A stretch of 64,000 bases of DNA from Octopus vulgaris (taxonomy: Eukaryota): assembly GCA_951406725.2 (NCBI GenBank), contig OX597821.1, forward strand, positions 14,136,001 through 14,200,000. Direction: 5' to 3'. The notes under the pieces are model-generated. The model was given only the letters and a program-made list of their open reading frames with translations. It had not been told where the DNA came from and ran no database searches. A program made the translations under genes and the position numbers. Positions 52,081 to 64,000 of the stretch are shown piece after piece (the stretch's first letter is position 1; each line of letters opens with the position of its first letter).

Positions 52081-52453
52081 GAATGTGTGTGTGCATGCAT
52101 GTGTGTATGTGTGTGTATCGAAGTATAGTGACTTCCATTTAGGAACTCTGTGTATGTGTGGTTATAATAAGGCCTTGCTATCCATTGCAAATCAAGCATA
52201 TATGAATTCATTCCCTGTATGCCCTGAATTTAAATGTATGTGATGGTGTGGTCTCAAGGTTTTTCCCCCGAGCTAAACATTCCCATGCTAGACTTACTGA
52301 AATAAACTGAGCTCCACTTTTATCGTATTTTGTTATAAAATTGGCTACTATAAAGCATAAGAAAAATAGTCACTGAAACTATTTCATAGACTGAAATAGT
52401 AGATATGATGTGTGCTTCAAAGTCTATATGTTTCAGTAATCCATACACACATA

Positions 52454-52515
<62 letters not shown>

Positions 52516-52545
52516 CATGTATGTATGTATATATATGTATGGTTG

Positions 52546-52625
<80 letters not shown>

Positions 52626-52657
52626 CATACATATATGTATGTATATATATGTATGGT

Positions 52658-52693
<36 letters not shown>

Positions 52694-52697
<4 letters not shown>

Positions 52698-52935
52698 GGC
52701 ACGTGGCTTAGTGGTTAGGGTGTCAGCATCATGATTGTAAGATTGTGGTTTCGATTCCTGGACCCGGCGACGCGTTGTGTTCTTGAGCAGAACACTTCAT
52801 TTCACGTTGCTCCAGTCCACTCAGCTGGCAAAAACGAGTAACACTGCGATGGACTGGCGTCCCATCCAGCTGGGGAACACATACGCCATAGAAACTTAGC
52901 CTATGAGCCTGGCTAGGCTTTAAAAGGGCGCATTT
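52694..52935 (+). mobile_element. tRNA-derived SINE with V-domain-like core
   Basis: tggcttagtgg A-box, gtttcgattcc B-box, ctgcgatggactggcgtcccatccag core. Confidence 0.85.
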
Positions 52936-52949
52936 ATTATTATTACTAT

Positions 52950-52988
<39 letters not shown>

Positions 52989-53003
52989 TAAAGGCAAATT
53001 TAA

Positions 53004-53107
53004 CAGCACCAGCTATTGCTAGAAACTAGAGTGAAAACAACTCAAAAGCCACAAAAGCACTATCTTAATGACTGATCAACTCTTGTTTCTAGCAATAGCT
53101 GGTGCTG
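53004..53107. repeat. Inverted repeat, 29-bp arms (28/29 match)
   Basis: cagcaccagctattgctagaaactagagt / actcttgtttctagcaatagctggtgctg. Confidence 0.9.
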
Positions 53108-53140
53108 GTCAGTACCCTCTGTCACTTTTTAGACCTCTAT

Positions 53141-53210
<70 letters not shown>

Positions 53211-53248
53211 CACATAGCCATTACTCAGAGATACATAGGCATGGAAAC

Positions 53249-53311
53249 ACATTTCTTGATGAATCAGATGTCTGCAATTATTGAAACCTGAGCTCATTCA
53301 GCTTGAAATGT
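53249..53311 (+). ncRNA. Decayed type I hammerhead motif
   Basis: ACATTTC-TTGATGA-...-GAAA-C-CTGA-gctcat-TCAG-C-TT-GAAATGT: 7-bp stem I, 4-bp stem III, C3U change. Confidence 0.55.
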
Positions 53312-54071
53312 AGTTTGTTATTGCAGTATGTAAGGTATCATTATATTCTGAAGATTATACTCTAGTATTCTTGCTTTTCCTTGATACCATTTTCCAAATC
53401 AGTTGGTTGGAACTAACTCAAAACCAAAGCTCAATTAAAGATCACTTCAGAATTTTTGTTGAGACATACTGCAAAGTTTTTCAGAATAAACAATTCTTAA
53501 ACAAATAGGGTCTGGAATTATGGAGGAACCCTAGCCACACTACTTAGAGACCTAGGACATGAATGCCAGTGATTGTCTATCACACTGTCTGTCTGTCTGT
53601 CTATACATGTCTATCTTCTCTCTGCCATGCATACATACTTAATCATTATTAATATCAAGAAATCAATATTAGAAAAGTTTTCTAATTTATATTTCAAACA
53701 AACACCATTTTATAGTATTCCTTAAAATTTAAAAAAAACTACTATTCGCTATATTATACAAAATTCAAATCTTATATCTCTGAAGAGCAGAAGAGTTGTC
53801 TATAAATGCTTATAAATATAGGATTCCATTATAGGGACAGCACTTCTGTGAAACGTTCGTAAAATGCTTTTAAAACTTAATTCAAAACTTTTAAACTGTC
53901 ATATACATTATAAATTTATACTTATTTATATTTACATACTTTTTATATATATTTATAATTTTAATACAACAATTATTTTACACACGTATATATCTTTCTG
54001 AAGAATTTTCTAATATTGATTTCCTGATATTAATAATAATATGTTATAAAATATTTATAATCGCTCGTATT

Positions 54072-54312
54072 ATCATCATCATCATCGTTTAACGTCCACT
54101 TTCCATGCTAGCATGGGTTGGACGGTTCAACTGGGGCCTGGAAAGCCAGAAGGCTGTACCAGGCCCAGTCTGATCTGGCAGTGTTTCTACAGCTGGATGC
54201 CCTTCTTAATGCCAACCACTTTGTGAGTACAGTGTGTGCTTTTTACGTGCCACCAGCACAAGTGCCAGACGAGGCTGGCACACGGCCACGATCGGATGGT
54301 GCTTTTTACGTG
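54072..54312 (-). mobile_element. RTE-tail element (family D)
   Basis: Reverse match to 41718-41968. Confidence 0.85.
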
Positions 54313-54605
54313 AAATATATAAATACTTTAATAGTATTAATACTTTGATACAATAGAGTACTCAATATAAATTCAGTATATAATATTCTCATTGAATATT
54401 TTTAACTAAAGATTTACATACTTAATCATTTAATACAAATTTGGGTATCCTGCAGCAGTCTACTGAATTCTTTGACAAAAGATATAAAGTGATTTCTAGT
54501 TGCTATCACAGACGAACTTAAGTCTTGAGCCCATTCTAATTGGTTTACTCAAAAATTAAAACTTGGGAAAATCAAGGAGTTAACTGTTTTAGAGATGGAA
54601 TTTAA

Positions 54606-54781
54606 TCCTTTAGCATTTAAACTGGCCATATCCAGCCTCTTACACCTATCCTACAATATCATTCTAAAAACAAACAATCACATAATTGAAATCTCACAGC
54701 TACAGGATAACGCATGACTAATTCAAAACAATGTGAATGAATAAGCATTACACTAGACAGGGTAATCTGAATGGTAAACGG
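54606..54781. mobile_element. piggyBac-type MITE
   Basis: TTAA on both sides; TIR-like tcctttagcatt / aatggtaaacgg; reverse of 61380-61600. Confidence 0.75.
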
Positions 54782-54940
54782 TTAATCAGTTGGATTACTT
54801 CTTCTATGCAACTGTAACACTTATGAAATTTAATAGCACCATACAGTTTACAACAGTTTTCATCACATGACCTGGCTCATCCAATGAAAATGTAGCTTAG
54901 TAAGCGAGTTTTGTAAGCATTCTAGTTTTTTACATAATAT

Positions 54941-55160
54941 TCTTTTCTTTTCTACTCTAAGCACAAGGCCTAAGATTTTTGGGGAGGGGGGCCAGTCGAT
55001 TAGATCGACCCCAGTATGCAACTGGTACTTAATTTATCGACTTTGATAGGATGAAAGGCAAAGTCAAACTCTGTGGAATTTGAATTCAGAACATAAGGTC
55101 AGAAGAAATATCACTAGGCATTTTGCGCATTGTGTTAACGTTTTTGCCAGCTCACCGCCT
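54941..55160 (-). mobile_element. SINE family B
   Basis: Matches 16620-16831. Confidence 0.88.
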
Positions 55161-55244
55161 TCATAACAGTAAATATTGCAATGCTTATAATAGAATCTTT
55201 TCGGGAGTTGGGGATATTTGATAAATATATAAATGTACTATAGT

Positions 55245-55407
55245 TGTAAGAGTGGCTGTGTGGTAAGTAGCTTTCTTACCAACCACATGGTTCTGGGTTC
55301 ACTCCCACTGCGTGGCACCTTGGGCAAGTGTCTTCTACTATAGCCTCAGGTCGACCAAAGCCTTGTAAGTGGATTTGGTAGATGGAAACTGAAAGAAGAC
55401 CGTCGTA

Positions 55408-55468
<61 letters not shown>

Positions 55469-55676
55469 GTATATGTTTATGTGTCTGTATTTGTCCCTCC
55501 AACATTGCTTGACAACCGATGCTGGTGTGTTTACGTCCCTGTAAATTAGTGGTTCGGCAAAAGAGACCAATAGAATAAGTACGAGACTTCCAAAGAATAA
55601 GTCCTGAGGTCGATTTGCTCGACTAAATGCGGTGCTCCAGCATGGCCACAGTCACATGACTGAAACAAGTAAAGAG
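55245..55676 (+). mobile_element. SINE family A
   Basis: Full-length match. Confidence 0.92.
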
Positions 55677-55827
55677 TATACATCTATTACGAGGTGTTTG
55701 ATAGCAGAGAGGAAGAAGTGTTACAAGTTGAATTAATTGGACAAAACTTTGATATAATAAATATAACCAGTGATGCTTTCTCAGTGTCAGGTTATTTTAC
55801 CTGTCCTAACTCAAGGATGCAGGAAAT

Positions 55828-56213
55828 TGGAAGCACTCCGTCGGTTACGACGACGAGGGTTCCGGTTGATCCGAATCAACGGAACAGCCTGCTCGTGAAA
55901 TTAACGTGTAAGTGGCTGAGCACTCCACAGACACGTGTACCCTTAACGTAGTTCTCGGGGATATTCAGCGTGACACAGAGAGTGACTTGGCCGGCCCTTT
56001 GAAATACAGGTACAACAGAAACAGGAAGTAAGTGTGAGAGAAAGTTGTGGTGAAAGAGTACGGCAGGGATCACCACCATCCCCTGCCGGAGCATCGTGGA
56101 GCTTTAGGTGTTTTCGCTCAATAAACACTCACAACGCCCGGTCTGGGAATCGAAACCGCGATCCTACGACCGCGAGTCCGCTGCCCTAACCACTGGGCCA
56201 TTGCGCCTCCACT
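55828..56213 (-). mobile_element. SINE family C, full-length, very young
   Basis: 12-bp TSD gatgcaggaaat (55816-55827, 56214-56225); tggcccagtgg A-box, gtttcgattccc B-box; 3' hairpin cgtcg-taac-cgacg. Confidence 0.95.
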
Positions 56214-56704
56214 GATGCAGGAAATATAACAGTAATTAAGCAATGGCTTTGTATCAGCTGATTGTCTGGCACTTCCTGTAATATTCCTACAATGATGGTT
56301 TACATATTACTATCTATGTTGTTGTTGTTTTTGATGATGTTTTATCCCTTAATTATATTTGGATGAGTGGTTTTAGCCATTGGATTATAACCATGCTAAG
56401 AGAGGTATTACCTTTGATTTTAGTCAATCATATCAACACAACTATTTATGTTAGTTTGATACACAAGGTCCAGTTATTCAATTGATAATGTATATTTTTG
56501 ACATTATGAAGTGCAACATGATACACTAGTTTACAACTCTGTTAAATATAAGCATATGTATAAATGTTTACAGAACATAGTATGTTTATGCTGTAGTACG
56601 GAGTAGGTGTATGCAGATATTGATAAAATACACACATACTTGGTCAAAGCAATGCATGACCAATCTTTCTATTTTTCTCTCCATCCATCCATCCATCTAT
56701 CTGT

Positions 56705-57155
56705 ATGTATGTACATACATACACACACACATACGCACACACATATATACACACACATACGCACACACATACATTCATATACACATACATACATATATAC
56801 ATACATACACACATACACACATACACGCATACATACATACATGCATATACATACATACATACATACATGCATGCATACATACACACACACACATACATAC
56901 ATACATACATACATACATGCATACATACATACATACATACATACATACATACATACACACATACATACATACATACACACATACACACATACACACATAC
57001 ATACATACACGCATACACGCATACACGCATACATACATACATACATACACACATACATACATACACACATATACATACATACATACATACATACATACAT
57101 ACATACACACATACACACATACATACATACATATATGTGTATATGTATGTATATA
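56705..57155. repeat. (CATA)n/(CA)n microsatellite
   Basis: Direct reading; source of the 150-226 aa YIHT/MYVC ORFs. Confidence 0.95.
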
Positions 57156-57837
57156 TGGTTTAAAAGAAATTTAATTATCCGCATTTGTAAAGTGAAGAAA
57201 TAAATTTTAGTAAAGCTATTTCCAACTCTAAGAGCATCAGACGTGTTTTTAAACTCACTAATACCTACATCTCTCTTTGTGTTTGACTGTTTGTCTGTAT
57301 GCTGCTGTCTTCTCTCTGCCATGAATACAAACATAATCATTTTGTACAAACAGATATATTCAGTTTAACTAATTCACAACCATATATATGTTTCAACTTT
57401 GTCTAAGTGCTATAAACGTCTAAGAAAGTTTAAATAGCATAAAAAAACCACCTCAGTAACCATTTATCAAACTAAGTTTTCCTGCAATCCCATTAATTGT
57501 AGTAACAATTCCAAATACAATTAACGTATCATTAAACTGATTGCTAAGTATAATTCTCTAATTGTTTTTTAAGAGTAAATAAGAAAGAAATTCTACCCAA
57601 CAGTTTGTTTACAAACTGATTCTGAAAGAAACTATGACAGCAAAATGTCATTAAATGTTCTTTTTTATTGACTGTCTTCTCAAATATTTTCATATCTTCT
57701 TTCTTTTCCACCTAGGACAATCATATATCTCCCCTAGGGTAAGACACCTGTTCCTGTTCTTCTATCATACTTCAGCTGTCCATAATCTGACATAAAGCCA
57801 CCACTATTAATACTACTTGCCCACTTAGCTGAGGAGT

Positions 57838-58100
57838 CATGTCTTGTGAGCTACCTAGTGACCTTGATACTACTGGTTCCATGAAAAATCAAAAAAGAAA
57901 AAAACACACTCAGTACTGTCTGTAAAGTGGCTGGAAAGAGGAAGGGCATCCAGCCATAGGAACCATAGAAAGGCATCCATCCAATGTCTACTTTGGCAGA
58001 CTTTGGAGCTTGGTGCAGTTCTCTGGTTTGCTAGCTCTGGTTAACCATCAAACTCATGCCAGCATGGAAGACAGATGTTAGACGATGATGATGATGATGA
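57838..58100 (+). mobile_element. Diverged RTE-tail element (family D)
   Basis: ggaagggcatccagcc, catgccagcatggaa...gatgttagacgatgatgat. Confidence 0.7.
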
Positions 58101-58333
58101 CGACAACAATAATGAGAATAGTTTCAGTAGACAAATTTTCAGATTTCAATTAGTGTTCTTATAATTAAGAGTTAATATTATCCCAGTCATCAGAAGTTTA
58201 CACTGTTTTGTGGTTGGTGATGATATTGTCAGTACTTGGTATTCCGTTTGTAGTAGGTAGAAACACTATATTTTGTTTCGTAATCATAATATACTACCAA
58301 GTCGGTTAAAGGCTTATGAGACAGTACTAACCT

Positions 58334-58511
58334 ATTTCAAGGGGCCGGCCTTGTCACTCTCTGTGTCATGCTGAATATCCCCGAGAACTACGTTAAGGGT
58401 TCACGTGTCTGTGGAGTGCTCAGCCACTTGCACGTTAATTTCACGAGCAGGCTGTTCTGTTGATTCGGATCAACCGGAACCCTCATCGTCGTAACCGACG
58501 GAGTGCTTCCA
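58334..58511 (+). mobile_element. SINE family C, 5'-truncated
   Basis: Reverse match to 55828-56005. Confidence 0.9.
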
Positions 58512-58689
58512 TTTTTGTATTGGTAGTGCAATACAACCACTTTTAAGTTTACCTCAACAGATTTTCTATAGAATTTAGAGCCAGCATAGAAAGTTACAAT
58601 GTTTTGTATGTAAATACATCTATGTAAACAATGTGATCACAGATAGAAAAATATGTAAAGGTGGATATGCATATTGTTATTAATATTAT

Positions 58690-59006
58690 TAAGGTTATGA
58701 ACTTGTAAAATCATTAGCATGCGGGAAAAATGCTAAGAGCATTTTGTCTGGATTTATGTTCTGAGTTCAAATTCCACTGAGGTCGACTTTGCCTTTTTAT
58801 CTTTTTGGGGCCAATAAAATAAGTACAACTGGGGTCGATGTAATAGACTTACACTCACCCCAAAAATTGCTGGCCTTGAGCCAAAATTTGAAGCCGTTAT
58901 TATTATGAAGGTAGCAAGCTGGCAGAATCGTTAGCATGGCTTTCAACCTTTAGGGGTCAATAAAGCAACTATCCCCCTCCAACACAGATTCCAGGCCTTG
59001 TGCCTA
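58690..59006 (+). mobile_element. Two adjacent diverged SINE B copies (second internally deleted)
   Basis: gagttcaaattccactgaggtcgactttgcc core; second head aggtagcaagctggcagaatcgttagc. Confidence 0.75.
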
Positions 59007-59015
59007 TATTATTAA

Positions 59016-59075
<60 letters not shown>

Positions 59076-59603
59076 CATTATTATTATTATTATTATTATT
59101 ATTAAATGATATTGTTTTACTTATCAGATAATCTCCAGCAGTCTAGTTGGCATTTACCTAAATGCTATGCTGAACATTTCTTATTTAGATATTTAAAAAT
59201 AAAAAGTATCTCATGCATTTATGATCAATGGCTTTGATGGACATTTGAATACAAAAACAGCATCCATTATACTTATTAATGGTTCACTGTACTATTGTAT
59301 GGGAAAATAATTAGGGGTATTAATGCACTCAACTTTTGATGCTTGTATTTCATTTGGCAAGAAGATTCCGATTGTAACTTATGGAAGTTTGTACAATATT
59401 TTAATAAACAAACACACACAAAATTACTGCATAATGTGTGAATATTGGCATGAGATAGCTATGATGTCATATGAACAAGTCTGAGTGTACAATTCATGAT
59501 GTGGGCATCATATCAATGGGGAAACATTGAAAGCCTCTTCAGTTATGTGGCATTATTTTGATATGACCAATAGAGGGTATATCACTGATGATAGTGGCTA
59601 GAG

Positions 59604-59805
59604 CAGTGGTTTTCAACCAGGGTTCCGCTAGTACAGTCCAGGGGTTCCGCAAGAAGTTACAAAACTGCTAAAATCGGCAGTCATTTTTTAATTCCCCTGT
59701 GCAGATTTGTGTGCATAAGACTATTAAATTATTGCACAGGGGTTCCTCGAGCCAGTGGAATGTTTCCTTGGGGTTCCGCTCCAGCAAAAAGGTTGAAAAG
59801 CACTG
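59604..59805. mobile_element. hAT (Buster/Charlie-type) MITE
   Basis: TIRs CAGTGGTTTTCAACC / GGTTGAAAAGCACTG; exact 8-bp TSD GGCTAGAG with central TA; subterminal ggggttcc repeats. Confidence 0.93.
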
Positions 59806-60094
59806 GGCTAGAGAGAGTTAGCAGTTGGTCATCATCATCACCACAACTACCACTACCACCACCATCATCATCATCACCATCATCATTATCTTCATCATTG
59901 TAAATAGAAATATTTTGAAGTAGATTATTTACTGCCAGATGCCTTTCCTGTTGCCTACCCTCACTCACTTGTTTCCAAGCAAGGTATTATTTCTGCATGG
60001 TCAAACATGTTTTTTTCTTGGAAGACAGAAACTTGTAGCAGTTTGCAGTATGTGATAAGATAGGTCAAACTAAGTAAAAGTCTTGTAAAAAAAG

Positions 60095-60450
60095 CACACA
60101 TTTTGGTGCCACGTAAAAGCACTTGAGTTGGTGACACATAACGGCACCCATACCAGTGCCATGTAAAAGCACCCATGCCGGTGCCACTTAAGAGTGTCTG
60201 TGTCAGTTGCTAGGGAAAAGTGTCTATGCTAGTGCCATGTAGAGAGTACTGATATTGATGCCATGTAAAAAAGCACTCAGTAAACTCTGTAAAATGGTTG
60301 GCATTAGGAAGGGTATCTAACTGTAGAAACCATGTGAAAACAGATGACATGAGCTTGGTGCAGCTCTCCTGCTGGCCAGTTCCTTGTCAAACCATCCAAC
60401 ATATGATATGCCAGCATGGAAAACGGATGTTAAATGATGATCATGATGAT
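60095..60450 (+). mobile_element. RTE-tail element (family D) with ~21-bp tandem repeats
   Basis: gtgccatgtaaaagcac repeats, ggcattaggaaggg, ggatgttaaatgatgat tail. Confidence 0.75.
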
Positions 60451-60615
60451 ATATATATATATAGGTATATATGTTCATAGGTATATATGTATTTATGTAT
60501 GTGTGTACATATATATATATGATATATCGTTGATAGATAGATCATTGATATGATAGATCGTTAGCCACTACACACAACTTTTTCTCTCCTTGTTTTTCTC
60601 CTTGTTTTTTTCTGT

Positions 60616-60657
60616 GTCCCTTTCTGTAGAAGAGCGTAGGCTCGAAACATAAAAGAC
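60616..60657 (+). ncRNA. Minimal type I hammerhead-like motif with core variant
   Basis: CTTT-CTGTAGA-A-GAGC-gtag-GCTC-GAAA-CA-TA-AAAG; A6 replaced by U. Confidence 0.5.
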
Positions 60658-60762
60658 TTTTTCTATTCCTGAGCGCTATACTAATACATCAGTTTGTTTT
60701 GTACACCACCTGTCTTTGTCTTTTGTTTTTTTTTGTTAACTCTCCCTATATATATATATATC

Positions 60763-61003
60763 TCATCATCATCGTTTAATATCCACCTTCCGTACTGGCA
60801 TGGGTGGGACAGTTTGACAGGAGCCGGCAGGCAGAAGCCTGCACCAGACTTCTGTGACTGTTTTGGCAGGATTTTTACAGCTGGATGCCCTTCCTAACAC
60901 CAACCACTCAGCAGAGTAGACCTAATGCTTTTTACATGGCGCAAGCACAGGTGAGGTCAGTTTTGGCAAGGTTTTTACAGCTGGATGCCCTTTCAAACAC
61001 CAA
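60763..61003 (-). mobile_element. RTE-tail element (family D)
   Basis: catcatcgtttaat tail; gctggatgccctt motif twice. Confidence 0.75.
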
Positions 61004-61379
61004 TGTGTGTGTGTGTGTGTGTGTGTGCATTCTTGTGTTTATTTCTTATGTCTGTCCTTGCATTTGACAGCACAATAGATACAAATTGCAAAAATATAAT
61101 TACTAAACTTAAAAACAATACCATTGTTAGTATGAATGACTAATGCCTTCAAATCAGTGCTCAAGCATGACCACAACCTAATGACTGAAACACTTCAAAG
61201 AGTAGCAAGAGTAAGTTGTAATTGTAATTATGGAATACAAACTTTGAAAAGTTAAGTTCACAAACAACTTTTGTAACTTCCATCTTCAAGAATACGGTGG
61301 ATCATGAACTGTCTCCTAGATATGCATTTGAGATGAAAGGAGCTGCACATCCGATTTTGTCATGATAATGCTCTTTTAA

Positions 61380-61600
61380 CCCTTTAGCATTCAGATTTCT
61401 TAGTGAAATTTATTGCTTATTTATCCATACTGTTTTTGAATTAATCACATATTATTTTGCAGCTTCAAAATTTAAATGGTGTAGCTATATATTTTTAAAA
61501 TGACATTGTAGGGTAGGTGTGAGAGGTTGGATCCAGACAGTTTTAACATAAAACAGATGGATTATTTGGGCCAGATATGGCCGGATTAAATGCTAAAGGG
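61380..61600. mobile_element. piggyBac-type MITE
   Basis: TTAA TSD both sides; TIRs CCCTTTAGCATT / AATGCTAAAGGG. Confidence 0.88.
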
Positions 61601-62039
61601 TTAAATCTCTTACGGTTATCTGATCATCTATAAGTACACATATATTTGTACTCCGTAGTACTAATTATATCAGCATATCTGTCATTGACCTTAAAGGGAA
61701 GCTGATCTATAATTTTGCTTTGCTTATTCTGTTTCTAAGTAGTAACATTATTTTATAAATTGATTATACAGTCGTAAAAAATAATTATCAATCACTTATT
61801 CATAAATAGATCAATTCTGTAAATCAATCAGTTAGTAATTACCATAACATTTTTCAGAACGAATACAGTAGTAACAACTTCAAATTTCATAACTTTACAC
61901 CATAAAATTAGGAATTATGCCACCAAAACAAATCAACATTCACATTGAAATACAGAATAGATAAATATGCTGGTCCACCATATAATAGTTGAAATAAGCC
62001 TCCACAAAAATATACATAGAAAGTACATCACCTAGGGGT

Positions 62040-62325
62040 AAGGGCATTGTGCTCACAACTGCAAGATTGTAGCCTTGAAATCCAGACTGATGGTGTGCTA
62101 TGTTCTTGAGTAAACCCATCATATTATGCTGCCCCAGCTCACTCAGTTACTCTGTGATAGATTGACATTCTGTTGACTGGGTAATGTCATAGTTTTGATC
62201 ATTTATGTACAAGAGACCTGCTTGCCTAGCAAGCAAGGGGGCATTATTCAAAAGCTACAACAATGCAAGTAAGAGTATTGTGACCAGCAGTGTATAATGA
62301 CATTTGATAGTCTGGTTGATAGTAA
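62040..62325 (+). mobile_element. Diverged SINE (head like 52694, tail like 32810-32900)
   Basis: gttcttgagtaa...cactcag and gtattgtgaccagcagtgtataatgacatttgatagtctggt. Confidence 0.6.
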
Positions 62326-62360
62326 TATATATATATATATTGACGAGTTTCGTTTTTTTC

Positions 62361-62446
62361 ACTTTCCTGAGGAGAAGATTGCATTGTTTATACCATTTAT
62401 TCTTTTGAATAGTATCAGTGGAATTTTCGAAACATGTGTCGAAAGT
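62361..62446 (+). ncRNA. Canonical type I hammerhead ribozyme with long stem II
   Basis: ACTTTC-CTGAGGA-GAAGATT...AATTTTC-GAAA-CA-TG-TG-TC-GAAAGT; all core positions canonical, GUC site, predicted cut after 62440. Confidence 0.8.
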
Positions 62447-62609
62447 AAAAATATTTGATTACACCTGCGTTAAACTCCATTTATTTATTCATATATATAT
62501 ATATATATTGAGATCCCCTTTGGTCATGACTGACAATGCAAGTAAGAGCATTGTGACCAGCAGTGTATAATGACATTTGATAGTCTGGTTGATAGTAATA
62601 TATATATAT

Positions 62610-62877
62610 ATTGAGACCACCTTCAGTCATGACTGACTGTGGGATTGCACCTAGAAAGTTACCCTCCCAGGCACAAGTCCGGGTAAGGTTGCTTATGGAA
62701 GACCAGCAGTCGCCCATGCATACTGGCCTCCCCTCTCCATGCCACCAGTGTTATCCAAGGGAAAGGCAACAGCAGATACAGCTTGGCACCTGTGACGTCC
62801 CAACTCATTTCTACAGCTGAGTGAACAGGAGCAACGTGAAATAAAGTGTCTTACTCAAGAACATAACATGCAGCCCT
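62610..62877 (-). mobile_element. 5'-truncated SINE sharing a core with 52694-52935
   Basis: Reverse reads gttcttgagtaagacactttatttcacgttgctcc...cactcagctg. Confidence 0.75.
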
Positions 62878-63279
62878 AAATATATTTGTATATTCCAAAA
62901 CAACATTGGACTATATTTTTTTTTATGTTCATTGACATAATAAGAAGTAGTTATCATGTTTTAAGGGGTGGAAATTTTAAGGGTATCCCAATTGACAGCT
63001 GATGAGGAAAATTCCCTTGTTATGTAAATGTGTTTCCTTTGTCTCTACTAGTTATTCTGTTTGATTTGTTTAATGTACCCTGGATAGAGCTAGTTCTTTG
63101 ACAAAGACAATGGGTATTGTATGAATAAGAGGGTTTGTCATCAGATTTTATATAAGCATGATAATGTTTTTCTAAATACATATACTTTATCATTCGCATA
63201 ACATCTCTATATGGCAAATAAAATACAAACGCACATATAAATCTATGTATGTATGTGTGTGTATACACATACATACATA

Positions 63280-63321
<42 letters not shown>

Positions 63322-63326
<5 letters not shown>

Positions 63327-64000
63327 TATTATAAAAGGCAGATTTTATCTGCCTCCCTTTGGGAGTTATACAAATCTACAATAAAGGATTTCTTCAATTA
63401 CAATTTACCTGGCATTTTTAAGAGTACAATGCATCGCGTCATCCAGGTCCAGTTTTAAAATTTAAACTCCAATTAAGCAAATTTACAGAAAACTCACATT
63501 CTGTGTGTGTGTCAAATGTTTTTCTTAATGTGGTTTCACCACACGCAAACGCACACACACAAAGGGAGCGAATTGTTTCACTGACGCTATCACCTTCTCC
63601 TCCTTTGTCTTTGCAAGTTGGCAGCTATTAAAGTGAAAACAGTGAATCCGACAGCGATTAAGAACACGAATTAGCACCTGAATGGAGTATTTAAAAACTG
63701 TTTCTTTCGGTGATTTTTCTGAAGAAACTGCACCAAGCCACAGACTTTCCCAGAAGAGTATTACAGCAGAAACGAAACGTTACGCTAAACGTAAACAAAA
63801 CGAAAGAAACGATAGTTTGTTATTTCCCACAACCTTAATAAATTAAGGCCTATTTTGCCATAAATATTATTATGGGTATCAGAAAGTTACCCAGAATAAC
63901 AAATTCTATCGTAAAATTTTGTTGTATACCCAATTGAATATTAGCTAATAACCCATTTTCTATAGCGATGTTTGAACAAAATTTTTATAATTTTACAGAA
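63322..64000 (+). mobile_element. Probable non-autonomous Helitron 5' part (runs off window)
   Basis: A|TC start tctcttattataaaagg like 27622; CpG-richer than flanks; 3' end not visible. Confidence 0.45.

Noticed and set aside
62998-63020. CTGATGA-GGAA/TTCC hairpin
   Set aside because: No following GAAA or stem III

Overview
AT-rich, microsatellite-dense animal genomic DNA. The repeat repertoire (tRNA-derived SINEs, RTE-type tails, (TA)n/(AAT)n tracts) suggests a coleoid cephalopod such as Octopus; this is an inference. Only one convincing coding exon is visible: minus strand 29426-30393, a low-complexity, probably disordered C-terminus with a KKKSILKK motif, gene not recognised. Most other ORF-track entries are microsatellite or SINE translations. 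The rest is intronic or intergenic: at least four SINE families (about 30 copies, several nested), RTE LINE relics, a decayed mariner/maT-type transposase, hAT- and piggyBac-type MITEs and non-autonomous Helitrons. The most interesting signal is RNA structure. (1) A ~150-nt GC-rich island at 23395-23544 holds all hammerhead-ribozyme core nucleotides and six complementary segment pairs in a non-canonical, pseudoknotted strand order. (2) A composite element of tRNA-like Pol III head + (AAT)n + Penelope-type minimal hammerhead occurs twice, each time bounded by target-site duplications. (3) Several other intact or decayed type I hammerheads sit in or beside (TA)n tracts. All structures were read by eye; none has been computed or tested.
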